64,000 nucleotides of DNA from Candidatus Kerfeldbacteria bacterium (GCA_016193315.1 JACPSJ010000001.1:219981-283980), one strand, 5' to 3'; shown: positions 29,801-40,433, numbered from the stretch's first letter. The notes: generated from the sequence alone by a model not told the origin. Translations and numbers: made by a program.

Positions 29801-32396
29801 GTTAACATTTACCATCAAGGTCGAAGGCTGCGGCGGCGCCAACCTAGTAGTCGACAGTGCCCAGCTGGAAGAAAGCGGCCTAACCCAATTCAAAGACTAC
29901 GGCCAGATCAACGCCGTCTACCTTAACGGGACGCGGCGCTCATGTACCACCGCCGATGTCGGCTGCGAATCGTACACGCCGCTGGCTGGCGGATCGGCCA
30001 TCACGGCTCAAGTCCGCAACAGCAACCGTTGTACTGAAGACAAGGTTGGTTGCGCGACCTACACGCTTGAACCGCTGCCTGGTCCCATTCCGCGACCGGG
30101 CGGATCGGTCAACATCATCGCGCCAAAAGGCCAGTCCTGCTCCGCCAGCAACGTTGGTTGCGAAGAGTATACTAATCTCGACGAAGTCGCCCGGGGCGGG
30201 GAAGGGAAAGAATACTATCAGTCGGTCAAACAGTGCGTCCGACCTAAATCCGGCGATCCTAGCCAGGCCACCTACTACACTTGGGTCGGCGATGCTGCTC
30301 GTGGCTTTATCCTGCGGAGCCACACGCTCCTGAAATCGAACATCGACGCCAGCCCCTGTACCCACCCCACGGTTGGCGCGCCGCGGGACGAACCGGTTTG
30401 CGACGATGCCGGCCGGGTCGATACCTCGGCTATCTGTAATGCCGATACCTTATCCAGCAATCCAGACTGCGCCGAATTCTACGATTCGTCTTTCAGCGTC
30501 TACTACCGGCTACGCTCGCTAACCGTTTCGGTAACCGACGATTGTCATCCGTATCGGAACAGCGTTGATCAGACCGACGCCGATCCAGGTAACGACGACA
30601 ACATCTACTTCCTGGCGCCCAAGGAAAACGTGGCTTGCCCGGCCACCGCCGCTGGTTGTCGAGCCTATACCGGCAATGCCGGACGGTCGACGAGAACTAT
30701 CTTCAGCGATACCTATGAGAGCGGCACGACCGCCAACTGGGTTGGCGGGCTGCCGGTGACCGAATCAACTAGCCTCGGCGGGCACTCGATGCATATTCCA
30801 TTGCCTGGAGGAGCGCCACGTGCGGCGGCCTACACCGACACCGACGTGCTGCCGGGGAAACTGGCCGACGGCAAGAACTACGTGGTCACCTTCTGGGCGG
30901 CGGCGGCCAACAGCGCCAGCCACCTGGCGACGATCAAAGCCAGTTTCGGCTCCGTTACCGGTAGGTCCTATAACGAAGATCAAATATTCGGCAGCGGGCA
31001 GCTTCGCTGGAATGAGAGTATTACCCCGGCTGGGCCGGAGTGGCAGCGCTACACCCTCGGTCCGCTGCAGCTGATTGGCAACACCGCTCGGCTCGGCATT
31101 ACGGTCACGGGTGGCGAGGCCTACGTTGATAACGTCACCTTGACTGAGATCAACGACAGTCTCTATCTCGTCAGCTCAACCGTGCCGCTCTGTGAGGCGG
31201 CTGATGTTGGTTGCGCCGCCTACCGCGATCGGGCCGGCGCCCGACACTATCTCAAATCCTTCACCCGTCTCTGCGCCGAGCAGGTCGTCGGTTGCGAAGC
31301 GATGGTTGACACCCAAAACAGCAGCACCCCGTTTGCCCAAGTGGTGAAGAACGAATTGACACCGGAGGACGCGGTGGTGACCGCGGTAAATAACCGCGCC
31401 GCCTACTGTCCGGCGGCCACTAAGGGTTGCCAGGCGCTCGGTAAACCGACCTACACGAACGACCGAGTCATCACCGGCTACCAGACGGTCTACCTCAAGA
31501 ACGACCCCGATCAGCATGCCCGCGACTTGTGTCTGAACGAAGAGTTATTCTGCCGGGCCTATACTACCGCCAGCGGATCGGCCGCCTTCTTCAAAGACCC
31601 AGCCCACCAAACCTGCGAGTTTCGATCGAACGCCAGCGATGTCGGCGGCCAGTGGTACGTCAGCGGCACCAACATCTTTTGCCCGACGATTACCCCGCCA
31701 TTGTCCGGTCGCCCGCTCGGCCCATCGTGCAGCCCCACCTGTGAGACTACCCCTGACTCGCTCCGGGCTGGCAAAGCCTGCGTTCGGGACGTCGACTGTC
31801 CGAAGGATGGCGGCGGGAATGTCCGCTGTCTAGGCGATGCCAGCAAAGTCGGCAAGATCAAAGATAGCGGCGGTAACTTCGTCTTCGGGCAGTGTGCCAG
31901 TGACACCGACTGCGATCCGGTCACTGGTAACAAATGCCGCTACTTGGCGGGCCTCTGTCCGGACGAACAAAACGGCTGCAATGAGTATCGCGATCCGACC
32001 GATCCGGCTGGCTGTCGGAGCGAGTGTCCGTTGATTCAGGTCGGTGGCAGCCCGCTCTACGTTGACGCCACGTGCGCGACCACCCGCTGCTCCTACCAAT
32101 GTCTCGGCGGGACGTGCGAAGGAGGTCCGGATGACGGGCTGGCTTGCGGTAGCGACGCGGAGTGTAATGTTCATTCCGGCAACTGTCAGGCCAGTGAACA
32201 GTGTGGCCCGGGCGGGCAGTGTCTCGGCAGCAACGGCCTGACCACCACCGGTATCCCCGGCTGCCGCCCCTACTATTACCTCCGGCAGACGGTGGAGACC
32301 AATGCCGTTGATTGCAACGGCCAAGTCAACCTGGAAACTCGCTGCCGACCATTCAATGACACGTCGAAACCGATCCTTAACGTGCGTGGTGGATAA
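26811..32396 (+). CDS. Giant secreted Cys-rich protein with carbohydrate-binding-module-like domains
   Basis: 1861 aa; signal ending PAEA; recurrent C....VGC..Y modules; NLLPNGGFE...VDSAQLEE CBM-like segment. Confidence 0.8.
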   Translation: MNVQHPNPRRFPTSRFLAALLAFLTVVVVFRTFQPRPAEAILGVGDVSVTVGDIPRIIFQFVDAARKRVGAILKVAGDIAFKNTLEIYNAKIAQEILTQISTAGPGQKPLFLTNPKTFFRDVANSAAGDFIDEFTRGLTGERGPGTAFSSARQRFIISRILRIGVGSPVEQCRDSCRSTYSVGNIDLAGVKEYSDEEFRQLTQASFRNEFEWRIVNVQRRIDTVTKPAIDHQESEIVCRDVALPAGPPLPGQNYLPWQIQLGACGEAVPPPECTTAPQECLNRQQEAINTERASAQQLTNQCLRDCQSGLAGLASDAINQATATDIFNATIELDTRQATRAITQELSRDNSDIGKTLYSFAQLYDTVQEQITAAKTELEAGAKPRTSKVSEVVLVPKEANQQSLFTALVGGDDAKKIYTGTTAADIIKGVAAFINSPLFKVLTLYFKHQCGLNTEACRGPSQPTSTLGQLLFGSGGPTGLAGARLQFSTVGQTKFLTGDPGRNEVDIPNELASAGLIDAQFRNAIEDRLTVQEALDKGTLDPRKTFGFDRNGVQPRDGYPFRALQYLRKYRVVPVGWELAANFSLQFDPRDLSFGFLTKQFNLCGQDETHRVCTNDPNTSCQADDDCSGNRCGASPYCGLVDPNWVLKAPQTYCRRQGAGEEIITKEFVCDENNIRSIDGVVINPAFQDAGPDGIPTTPDDQDNNPPNCVKDELRNVHPDLGRWVVSRNTNTCADTQSCIAENDDGTCIAFGYCVQERQQFRFDGTQCDAEFASCTTYTDDQGQPASYLASTLDFRNCNADVAGCQWYCQNYDAEAQRWTCGEPPGNDDPSVVNDIIRFTSNVQACNQSQAGCRQFVRTSNGSNLLPNGGFEIFSGAELDSGLVANYDSWNKIGGIGTFPVSASDPDVTSSNRAAIKLTGGAGDELSATIDTGYALYERSFSASIRARADSSCTASLEMDTDVVSSGQVVTIGPSWATQALSIVIPEEERVRSFSNALTFTIKVEGCGGANLVVDSAQLEESGLTQFKDYGQINAVYLNGTRRSCTTADVGCESYTPLAGGSAITAQVRNSNRCTEDKVGCATYTLEPLPGPIPRPGGSVNIIAPKGQSCSASNVGCEEYTNLDEVARGGEGKEYYQSVKQCVRPKSGDPSQATYYTWVGDAARGFILRSHTLLKSNIDASPCTHPTVGAPRDEPVCDDAGRVDTSAICNADTLSSNPDCAEFYDSSFSVYYRLRSLTVSVTDDCHPYRNSVDQTDADPGNDDNIYFLAPKENVACPATAAGCRAYTGNAGRSTRTIFSDTYESGTTANWVGGLPVTESTSLGGHSMHIPLPGGAPRAAAYTDTDVLPGKLADGKNYVVTFWAAAANSASHLATIKASFGSVTGRSYNEDQIFGSGQLRWNESITPAGPEWQRYTLGPLQLIGNTARLGITVTGGEAYVDNVTLTEINDSLYLVSSTVPLCEAADVGCAAYRDRAGARHYLKSFTRLCAEQVVGCEAMVDTQNSSTPFAQVVKNELTPEDAVVTAVNNRAAYCPAATKGCQALGKPTYTNDRVITGYQTVYLKNDPDQHARDLCLNEELFCRAYTTASGSAAFFKDPAHQTCEFRSNASDVGGQWYVSGTNIFCPTITPPLSGRPLGPSCSPTCETTPDSLRAGKACVRDVDCPKDGGGNVRCLGDASKVGKIKDSGGNFVFGQCASDTDCDPVTGNKCRYLAGLCPDEQNGCNEYRDPTDPAGCRSECPLIQVGGSPLYVDATCATTRCSYQCLGGTCEGGPDDGLACGSDAECNVHSGNCQASEQCGPGGQCLGSNGLTTTGIPGCRPYYYLRQTVETNAVDCNGQVNLETRCRPFNDTSKPILNVRGG

Positions 32397-32398
32397 CG

Positions 32399-35300
32399 AT
32401 GTCATCTCATCGCCAATCAATCATTACTTCTGCCTCCACATGGTCACTCGTCCTCGGCCTGGCGACGTGGCTGGTGGCGGTTATGGCCCCGAAACCGGTC
32501 TCCGGCCAAGCGGCCTGCAGATCGAACCCGGATTGTGCCGCGACCGACCAAGCCTGCGTCTCTCGCTTCTGTGAGGACAATTTCAACTTGACCTTTTCTC
32601 CGACCACGGTCACGGCCAGCGGTTATTCTCAAGGCGTCGGATCGGATTCAATCGGCAACTTCATCCTTTACCATTGTCTCGGCGGTAAGTCCATTTGCAG
32701 TGCCCAACCGACGACGAACACTGCCTTTTGGACGAAACGGACCGGCGCCGACAGCTATTCAGTGACGCGTTCGAACCTCCGCCCGAGCCGAACTTACAGT
32801 ACGACCTACATTGGCGAAGTGAACACTGTGCGTACCGACTACGAAGCCCGACAGGTGACCACCCTGCCTGGCTACCAACCGACGGCCACGGTCAGCGGCA
32901 TTACCGAAAACAGCGCTACAGTTTCGTGGACGACCAGATTCCTTAGTGACAGCACGATTTGGTATGGGCTGACGGAACCAGACGTCAGCGTTGAACAAAC
33001 GGTTGTGTCCCCCGAAGTGTTCACTGACGTCGACGCCTTGTCGAGCGGTGAAGCCTGGGCCGTCACAAGTTCCGGTCGGGCATTCCGTCGCAACACCAGC
33101 GGGGCCTGGTCCGAGGCTCTCACCGGCGAAGGATATTTCGATTCGGTCAGCGTGTTTGATGCCCAACACATTTGGTTGGGCGCCAACGCCGGAAAGGTGC
33201 TCTACACGACGGATGGCGGCTCGAGCTGGGTCCGCACCACCTTTGGTGCCCCGTCCGACGATATTTTTGACCTCTACGCCCCGACCGCGACGACCGCCTG
33301 GGCAGTCAGCCGGAACAAGAAAATTAGCCTGCTCGATCAGGCGGTTGATCCCAATAATTGGCAATTGAAATACACCGCCACTTTTACCATGAGCGATATT
33401 TATTCATTGGACAACAAGGAAATCTGGGCGGTCGGTTCGGGCGGGAGAATAGTCACCAGTCGAGACGGCGGCGCGACGTGGTCGGAAACGTTGGTCACCA
33501 GTTCGGGCGCCTCGCTGGGCACGATCACCACCGTTGATGGTCGGACGCTGTGGGTGGGTGGCAGCACCGGCAGTATTTACCGGTCTAACGACAGTGGCGT
33601 GTCGTGGTCCCCGATCGCTACCGGGTCGGTTACGGCGATCGATGAACTAACCCCCATCAATACGCTCGCCATCTGGTTTACACAATCCGACCGTCTCGGA
33701 TATTACGACGCGACCGGCGCCCCCAGTTTCACCTTCTACACCCAAGCCCGGGCAGATCTCGGTAGCCCGCTGACTGAGTTGGGCCAGATTAACGGGGGGC
33801 AAATGTTCCTCGCCAGCGACAACGGGAGGCTAGGTTTGTTCCGACAAGCAGGCTCCGTCCATACGGATCTGCCGCTGGTCACCAACCACTCCCACACCTT
33901 TCCCCCCGGCAGTCTCGTCCCCGGGACAGACTACTTTTTCTCGGTCATCTCTAGCGACGGCAACATCAGTGCCGGGGCGTTCGGGACATTCCGGACACTC
34001 GAGCCCGATCCGGTTCCGCCGGACATTAGTTTTGCCCCCGACCCACCCGCCTATACGAACGTCAGCCCGCTGACCGTCAGCGGCACGGCGACCGATAATA
34101 TCAGCCTGCAGTCGGTCACGGTGACGAACAATGGCGCGCCCCAGGTAGTGACCACCGCTCCGCCGCTGCCCGGACCCGCTTCGACGTCCTGGTCTTCGAC
34201 TAAGGGGCTGAACGTCGGCAGCAATCCGTTCAAGGCCACGGCCACCGACAGTTCAGGCAACACCAAGACAGTCACGGCCACCGTGTTCTATGATCCCAAT
34301 CCACCGGTCGTGGCCATCACCAACCCGTCGGATGGGGCGGTCGTGGCGACCAGCACCATTACTATCGACGGCACGGCCAATGATGACGACTGGGTCGACA
34401 GTATGGAATACGTGCTCAACGGGGGCCCGCGGAAACCGCTGACCATTACGCCTGGGGCGGGCGTCAATTGGTCTGACAATGCCGGCCCGCTAACGCCGGG
34501 GGCGAACACGCTAACCGTGTACGCCAAAGATCGGGCCGGCAACGAAGGCTCACAGACGGTGAACTTCGAGTATCGCGAACCAACCTTCACCCTCAGCGCC
34601 GATCCGATTGCGGCGGCTGGTAATGCCGGCGACGTCTTCACCTTTTCCATCACCGCCACCTCGGTTGACGGCTTTGCCGATGGAGTCACCTTCTCAGTCA
34701 GCGGCGAGCCGGCCGGCAGCAGCGTCACTTTCGCGCCTAATCCGCTCTTGGTGCCGGCTGGCGGGTCGGACAGCTCGACTATGACCATGACCACCAACCC
34801 GGCTACGACGGGCACTTTCGACATCACCATCACTGGCACGAGCGGGCCGAAAACGGCTACCACTTCGGTGAGCCTCAAACTCAGAACTCCTCCCGACTTC
34901 ACGCTGTCAGCCATTCCGGTTATCCAAAACATCGTCGCCGGAAATCCAACCAGTTACCAGATCACGGCCAATTCGAACGTGTCTTTCAATGACACCGTCA
35001 CCTTCAGCGTCAGCGGCTTACCGGCTCTGGCCACGAGTGGGTTCAGTCCGGGCTCACTGACGTTGCCGCCGAGCAGCAGCGGTACCACCGACCTGACGGT
35101 GACGACACAACCGGCGACGCCGGACGGCAGCTACACACTGACGATCACCGGCACCAGTCCCGGCCTAACCCGGACGGTCAATGTAACGCTGAATATCAGC
35201 GCGCCGCCCGACTTTAGCCTGACTGTAGTGCCGGCCGGGCAGACTGTAACCGCTGGCGGCTCGACCTCCTACAACGGCACCGTCAAAGCGCTCAACGGTT

Positions 35301-36499
35301 TTGCCGAGCCGGTCAACGTCACCGCCACCATTAATCCGCCGACGCCAGAAGTAACCTTGAGCATTGCGCCCAATCGTTTTACGCCGACGCCCGGCGGCAC
35401 TAGCTTTATCGCCAATGTCCAAACTACGGGCGCGACACCCAGCGATACCTACGCCATTACGGTCAAGGTCGAGAATGACGCCGCCACGATCAGTCACACC
35501 GTTGACGTCAGCCTCCAGGTTGACGCCGACGTCACGCCGCCGATCATTACCAATATTTCGGCCACGCCGAATTGGGACAGCGTCCGGGTCACGTGGGAGA
35601 CGAACGAACTGGCCGACTCGGAACTGGCCATCTACGCCGATGCCGGCCTTGGCACCTTAGTCGGCATCGTCAGCGATGCTGGCTACTGCCTGAGTGGCTG
35701 TCACGACCTCTTCTACACGCCCCTCAACCCCACCACCACCTACTACTTTACCGTTACCTCGGCCGATCAAGCCGTACCGACCCCGAATTCGACTACCCGC
35801 ACCAAGGAAGATGACGGCGTCACACCCTTACAGTTTACCACCCTCGACGAACCAGATAGCATGCCGCCCAGCGTCGTCATCGACGAGCCGGCTGACGGCG
35901 ATATCCTTAGTGGTTCAGCCACCATTCGCGGCACGGCTACTGACAACAAGAATGTTACCCAAGTCCGAGTCACCATCGCGCCAGTGGGTGATCCGGACAG
36001 CTTTGTCCTCGATCAGAACTTACTCTGTGCCGGGGCCAGTTGCTCGTTCAACACGATCTGGAATACCACGGCGGTGCCAAACGACAGCTACCTCATCACG
36101 GCGGTCGCGCGGGACACGGCCGGCAATTTGTCGACGCCCACCAGCATTTCCGTGGCGGTGGAGAATGACTTTACCCCACCGTTGCTCACCTGCGACGTCA
36201 CCCCCACACCGACACCAACCGGTGGCGAGGTTGACTGCGGCGGCGGGCAGTGTTGGGAAGCCGTCATCACCTGGTGCACCGATGACCCCAGCACCAGCGA
36301 AGTTGATTTCGGTACCAGCGTTTCTTGTGGCGGCGGCGTGTGCACGTACCCGCTTGGTCAGCGTTATGACGATCTGGCGCCAGCTGACCCCTCTCCCATT
36401 TACACCAATCACCGCGTCACCCTCCGACGACTCGACGCCAACCAACTCTACCACTACCGCATCACCAGCTGTAATGAAGGGGGATTCTGCACACACTAA
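32399..36499 (+). CDS. Large secreted protein: FN3-like, BNR/YCF48 beta-propeller and Ig-like repeats
   Basis: TTDGGSSW, SRDGGATW, SNDSGVSW Asp-boxes; DFTLS, AKDRAGN and ARDTAGN Ig repeats. Confidence 0.85.
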   Translation: MSSHRQSIITSASTWSLVLGLATWLVAVMAPKPVSGQAACRSNPDCAATDQACVSRFCEDNFNLTFSPTTVTASGYSQGVGSDSIGNFILYHCLGGKSICSAQPTTNTAFWTKRTGADSYSVTRSNLRPSRTYSTTYIGEVNTVRTDYEARQVTTLPGYQPTATVSGITENSATVSWTTRFLSDSTIWYGLTEPDVSVEQTVVSPEVFTDVDALSSGEAWAVTSSGRAFRRNTSGAWSEALTGEGYFDSVSVFDAQHIWLGANAGKVLYTTDGGSSWVRTTFGAPSDDIFDLYAPTATTAWAVSRNKKISLLDQAVDPNNWQLKYTATFTMSDIYSLDNKEIWAVGSGGRIVTSRDGGATWSETLVTSSGASLGTITTVDGRTLWVGGSTGSIYRSNDSGVSWSPIATGSVTAIDELTPINTLAIWFTQSDRLGYYDATGAPSFTFYTQARADLGSPLTELGQINGGQMFLASDNGRLGLFRQAGSVHTDLPLVTNHSHTFPPGSLVPGTDYFFSVISSDGNISAGAFGTFRTLEPDPVPPDISFAPDPPAYTNVSPLTVSGTATDNISLQSVTVTNNGAPQVVTTAPPLPGPASTSWSSTKGLNVGSNPFKATATDSSGNTKTVTATVFYDPNPPVVAITNPSDGAVVATSTITIDGTANDDDWVDSMEYVLNGGPRKPLTITPGAGVNWSDNAGPLTPGANTLTVYAKDRAGNEGSQTVNFEYREPTFTLSADPIAAAGNAGDVFTFSITATSVDGFADGVTFSVSGEPAGSSVTFAPNPLLVPAGGSDSSTMTMTTNPATTGTFDITITGTSGPKTATTSVSLKLRTPPDFTLSAIPVIQNIVAGNPTSYQITANSNVSFNDTVTFSVSGLPALATSGFSPGSLTLPPSSSGTTDLTVTTQPATPDGSYTLTITGTSPGLTRTVNVTLNISAPPDFSLTVVPAGQTVTAGGSTSYNGTVKALNGFAEPVNVTATINPPTPEVTLSIAPNRFTPTPGGTSFIANVQTTGATPSDTYAITVKVENDAATISHTVDVSLQVDADVTPPIITNISATPNWDSVRVTWETNELADSELAIYADAGLGTLVGIVSDAGYCLSGCHDLFYTPLNPTTTYYFTVTSADQAVPTPNSTTRTKEDDGVTPLQFTTLDEPDSMPPSVVIDEPADGDILSGSATIRGTATDNKNVTQVRVTIAPVGDPDSFVLDQNLLCAGASCSFNTIWNTTAVPNDSYLITAVARDTAGNLSTPTSISVAVENDFTPPLLTCDVTPTPTPTGGEVDCGGGQCWEAVITWCTDDPSTSEVDFGTSVSCGGGVCTYPLGQRYDDLAPADPSPIYTNHRVTLRRLDANQLYHYRITSCNEGGFCTH

Positions 36500-36500
36500 G

Positions 36501-39500
36501 ATGCTAACCCGACCGGCCATCTTCAAACACTCAACTCGGCCATGGCCCTTACTGCTGGCCATGTTGGTGTTGGTGGCAAGTCTGGTGGGGGAGCGCGCGG
36601 CGGTTGAAGCCCAGGGCGAACGACCGCCGCGCGTGATCTCGGTCACAACCGCGGTCACGGCTAACTCCGCGACCATCACCTTCACCACCGATGTCGAAGC
36701 CGAGGCGCGGATCCGTTATGGCCAGTCGGCGGCCTATGACCTGGAGTTCCCGATCGGTGGCACGTTTGTGGCCGCCGTAGCCGGCGAGTTCACCAAACAG
36801 CTGTCCCTGGCCGGGCTGAATCCGGGCACCACCTATCATTTCACCATTGAAACCAGGCGGGTTGGCAGCACCGACACCGCCTCCACCCCGGATCGAACAT
36901 TCACCACCGCCTCGGGCGCCGGCGGCGGGGCGGCGTTGACGATCAATGATATCGGTATGGATTGTATTGGCGCCAATTGTCGCCTAAGTTTCTCCACCAG
37001 CGTCGACGCCAATGTCCAGGTGCGGTGGGACACTTCGCCGCACGGATCTTTCTCGGACTATGTCCTTGGCGCGGCCGGGGAACCAGCCGGATTCTACTCC
37101 GCCGCACTCCGTTCTCTCGACTTGACCGGTCTGGCGCTCGGGACCACCTACCACTACATGATGCAAGGCACTGACCGCGGCGGCAGCACCTTTCTGACCG
37201 GCGACCTAACATTCACCACTGGCGCCGACGGCGATGACCGGACCTTCAGCACCGGCGCCTGTGCCGACGGTACGCCGATCGGCGGCTGTTCACGCGATGG
37301 CGGCTACTGCGAACCTGGCGGCGTGCTGGTCTACCGCTGCGACTCGATCTGCGGTTTCACTTGCCCGGTCGACCAAACGTGCAATGACAGCGGTCTATGT
37401 CTCGTTGACCCGCCGTTGACCGGTTCGCCCAACCAGTGCAACAACTCAAACTGCTACACCGAGAGCGGGGTGTTCAAAGCCATCGCCCCAGCCGGCTGTT
37501 TCCGCAGTTGGCCCCGCTGTAACGCCAACACCATCCTGAAAGTTCGGAAGGATCGGTCCTGCAACCTGTGGTTGAGCTGTGAAACGAGCCTCCAAACGCA
37601 ACCGAGCTCGTCCGCCCCGGCGGAAAACCTGTGCCTGTCCCTGGCCGCCTGCAACAGCCTGGGTCCGAACGGGCAGTGCAACCGCTTCCTGCCGTCGGGG
37701 CAATGCTCGAACAACCCGCTTCGTTTCTGTTCGACGGATGCTGATTGCGAGGCCGGCGGCAGCTGCAACGCCGTGCCGGCTGACGAACCGACGCGCTCGT
37801 TGCAAGACCTTCAATTTAGCACCCCAGACCAGATCTCCCAGATCGCCAATCTGTCCGGCAACGTCATCGCCGGCCTGGACTGGGATCAAGTGGCCGACGT
37901 GCCGGTTATTCGGGGCAACCTCCCGTGGCAGCTGATGCGGCAAATCGGCGGTGTGACGCAGGCCAAGAACGGCGACCTCGAATACCAGCCGCCGAACCCC
38001 GACCCTTGGATCTCCGCGCCGCCAGGCGAAGCACCGGTCGCCAAACTGGTCGTCGAATTCGAAGACCAGGACACCAGCCCCAACCATGTCCTCAAAGTCG
38101 ATCCGGCCAAAGATCCGGACACCGACAAGTATCTTCCGTTCTCCGGCGCGGCGACCGGCGAGTTCTCCGCCGCCCCGGGCGAATACTACTTTGCCGAAGC
38201 GCGGGTCCGGGCCGATGCCGGCAGCCCGCAACTCCGTTTCCAATTCGGCTATGAAGGGTATACGAAGTTTGTCGGCAACGATGACCCATTCGTCGCCTCC
38301 GCCGCCTGGCAGCGGGTGACCATCGGCCCGGTCAAGGGCTTGCGCGGGCAAACTCGCTTCGCCGTCGTTTGCCGCGATGAAGAAAAATGCGGCCCGTTCT
38401 GGATCGACGATGTCCAGATCAAGCCGGTGCTGCAGGTCAATACCACTCCCAGCTACGTCACCCCGACGTGCCGACTTTACCCCAAAGAGGATTCCCCCGC
38501 CTGTGACTATGTCGACAAGGATGGGGTACAGTATAGCGGTTGGCAAGGCTACTGCTTGGAACATGATTCGGTCACCGGCACCTGCCTGTCATGGTGGCCG
38601 GCGGACCTAATCAAGGGTCAAAGCAACATTTTCGGCTCCGAGACGCAGGCCGGTTATGACGGGCGATCCCCATTGTACCTCTGTCTCGAGGCGGCGGGCA
38701 ATAATCGCGGCGTCGTCGGGGAAGCGGGCACCCAGCCGTACGTCGTGGGCAAGGCGAATTACAACGTCGGCCGCGATTTTGAAGCTTTTTGTGGCGGGAC
38801 TCGCGGAGTTCAGTATACCATCGGTCAATGCTGTACCACTTGCATCGATGGCGCGCAGCGTGGCCTTGATCGTATCACCAAGGTGGACGCCAGCGGGCCC
38901 GAACTCAATCTTCATGAGGATGAGATTACCAAGGTCGTTTGGGTGCCGCAGCCGGTGCCAGGGGAAGACGTCAGGCTCAATCCAGGATTTGAAATCATCA
39001 ACAACGATAAGTTCAGATTTTCGTCGCGGGCGCTGCCGGCCGCCGAGGCGGACTACTGGGCTCACCATTACCGAGTTTGGCGCGATACCCCGCCCTACGA
39101 TTACCCTGACGAAGTGCAGGAGTCGGCGAATTATATCATCTGGCGGTGGGAGACCGATCCGGCTGAATGTCGAACGCACACTAACGGCAACTGCGTGACG
39201 GCCAGACTGTTCTTTGACAAGAACACGCGCGAGTTTAAGAAATACCATTTGATCGTGGACGATCAGACGGATGGCGGGGATGAGGAAATGCTGTATCGCG
39301 TTTACTTCTACACCCGGGAATCATGCCGGGCCGTGGCCCAAGTCGTCGACCCGGATGGCAACAGCGAGGTTTTCGCCGAGCGCGTCAAATCGAATTTCAT
39401 CGTGCCCGACCTCAACTACGGCTTGATCTCGGACCTGACGCCATTCGGCGGCGTCTTGCCCCCCAGCGAAGCCGGCGCCGAACCGGAAACATGGCCTCTC

Positions 39501-40433
39501 CTGCCGGTCGAATTCGTCAATACTACCGCCTTCGAATTCGGTCAAGCCCGCGGCGGCAGCCCCTACGCCTGCAACGGGAATTGCCAGGCGGTGATCTGCT
39601 CGGCGAACCACGGATTCAGTTGTCTCAAACCCGACGGCACCGCGGACGCCGCCGCGGTCAATCGGTGCCAAACGGTGCTCGATGTTGACGGTGACGGCCT
39701 GCCCGACGGGCAGTGCACTGGCGTCATCCCGCCGATCGCCAGTGCCCGCGGCCGGCAATCAGTCGGCGCCCATGACCCGACCGGAGTTGATCCGGACCTT
39801 GATCGAAACTACTTCGCCCAAGAGCGTATCCGCCGGCTGTTTGTTCGATCGTTGGGCGTTTGGCGATGGGAGAATAATAAGTATGTCCTTCAGCCCGGGC
39901 CAGGCTGGGAGCCGCCGGACGAACTATGTCCGGTCGATCCGGATGTACCCAGCCGGCGACGACGGCCAAGCTACCCCACTGATTACTGTGCCGTGCCGCC
40001 CGAAGCTGACAACGCGCAGTTCCTGAGCGGCACCAGCAAGCTGGCGACCATCACCGGCGGCAGCGGGGTGGTCGGCATTAAGTTCAACACCGCCGCCGAC
40101 GCCGAACAGGTACCGCTCAAGCAGATCATCATCGACTGGGGCGACACGCAAGATACGATTGCCTTCCCCTTCGCGCCGCGTAACGATCCGTCGAAGCCAC
40201 ACATCGTCAGCCACGTCTACATCGCCAACCCGGGCAATCCGGCCTGCCGTGGCGGCGCGGGCGGTCGCGTCTCCTGCGAATTCCGCATCAAGATCCAGGT
40301 TGAAGACAACTGGGGGTGGTGCAACGATGCCACGGCTGGCACCAAGTGCCACCGGACCATTGACGCGCGCACCGGCCGCTTCGACTCGAGCACCTGGTAC
40401 GATACGGACTTAACGGTGCGGGTCGAATCATGA
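36501..40433 (+). CDS. Large secreted Cys-rich protein with N-terminal FN3-like domains
   Basis: True start at ATG 36501 with signal peptide; LNPGTTYHF, LALGTTYHY; many Cys modules. Confidence 0.8.
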   Translation: MLTRPAIFKHSTRPWPLLLAMLVLVASLVGERAAVEAQGERPPRVISVTTAVTANSATITFTTDVEAEARIRYGQSAAYDLEFPIGGTFVAAVAGEFTKQLSLAGLNPGTTYHFTIETRRVGSTDTASTPDRTFTTASGAGGGAALTINDIGMDCIGANCRLSFSTSVDANVQVRWDTSPHGSFSDYVLGAAGEPAGFYSAALRSLDLTGLALGTTYHYMMQGTDRGGSTFLTGDLTFTTGADGDDRTFSTGACADGTPIGGCSRDGGYCEPGGVLVYRCDSICGFTCPVDQTCNDSGLCLVDPPLTGSPNQCNNSNCYTESGVFKAIAPAGCFRSWPRCNANTILKVRKDRSCNLWLSCETSLQTQPSSSAPAENLCLSLAACNSLGPNGQCNRFLPSGQCSNNPLRFCSTDADCEAGGSCNAVPADEPTRSLQDLQFSTPDQISQIANLSGNVIAGLDWDQVADVPVIRGNLPWQLMRQIGGVTQAKNGDLEYQPPNPDPWISAPPGEAPVAKLVVEFEDQDTSPNHVLKVDPAKDPDTDKYLPFSGAATGEFSAAPGEYYFAEARVRADAGSPQLRFQFGYEGYTKFVGNDDPFVASAAWQRVTIGPVKGLRGQTRFAVVCRDEEKCGPFWIDDVQIKPVLQVNTTPSYVTPTCRLYPKEDSPACDYVDKDGVQYSGWQGYCLEHDSVTGTCLSWWPADLIKGQSNIFGSETQAGYDGRSPLYLCLEAAGNNRGVVGEAGTQPYVVGKANYNVGRDFEAFCGGTRGVQYTIGQCCTTCIDGAQRGLDRITKVDASGPELNLHEDEITKVVWVPQPVPGEDVRLNPGFEIINNDKFRFSSRALPAAEADYWAHHYRVWRDTPPYDYPDEVQESANYIIWRWETDPAECRTHTNGNCVTARLFFDKNTREFKKYHLIVDDQTDGGDEEMLYRVYFYTRESCRAVAQVVDPDGNSEVFAERVKSNFIVPDLNYGLISDLTPFGGVLPPSEAGAEPETWPLLPVEFVNTTAFEFGQARGGSPYACNGNCQAVICSANHGFSCLKPDGTADAAAVNRCQTVLDVDGDGLPDGQCTGVIPPIASARGRQSVGAHDPTGVDPDLDRNYFAQERIRRLFVRSLGVWRWENNKYVLQPGPGWEPPDELCPVDPDVPSRRRRPSYPTDYCAVPPEADNAQFLSGTSKLATITGGSGVVGIKFNTAADAEQVPLKQIIIDWGDTQDTIAFPFAPRNDPSKPHIVSHVYIANPGNPACRGGAGGRVSCEFRIKIQVEDNWGWCNDATAGTKCHRTIDARTGRFDSSTWYDTDLTVRVES

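Noticed and set aside
35694-36500. 800-nt N-terminal extension of the 1579-aa ORF overlapping the previous gene
   Set aside because: It reads as an off-frame shadow (S/P/R-rich). A signal peptide begins at ATG 36501, right after the upstream stop
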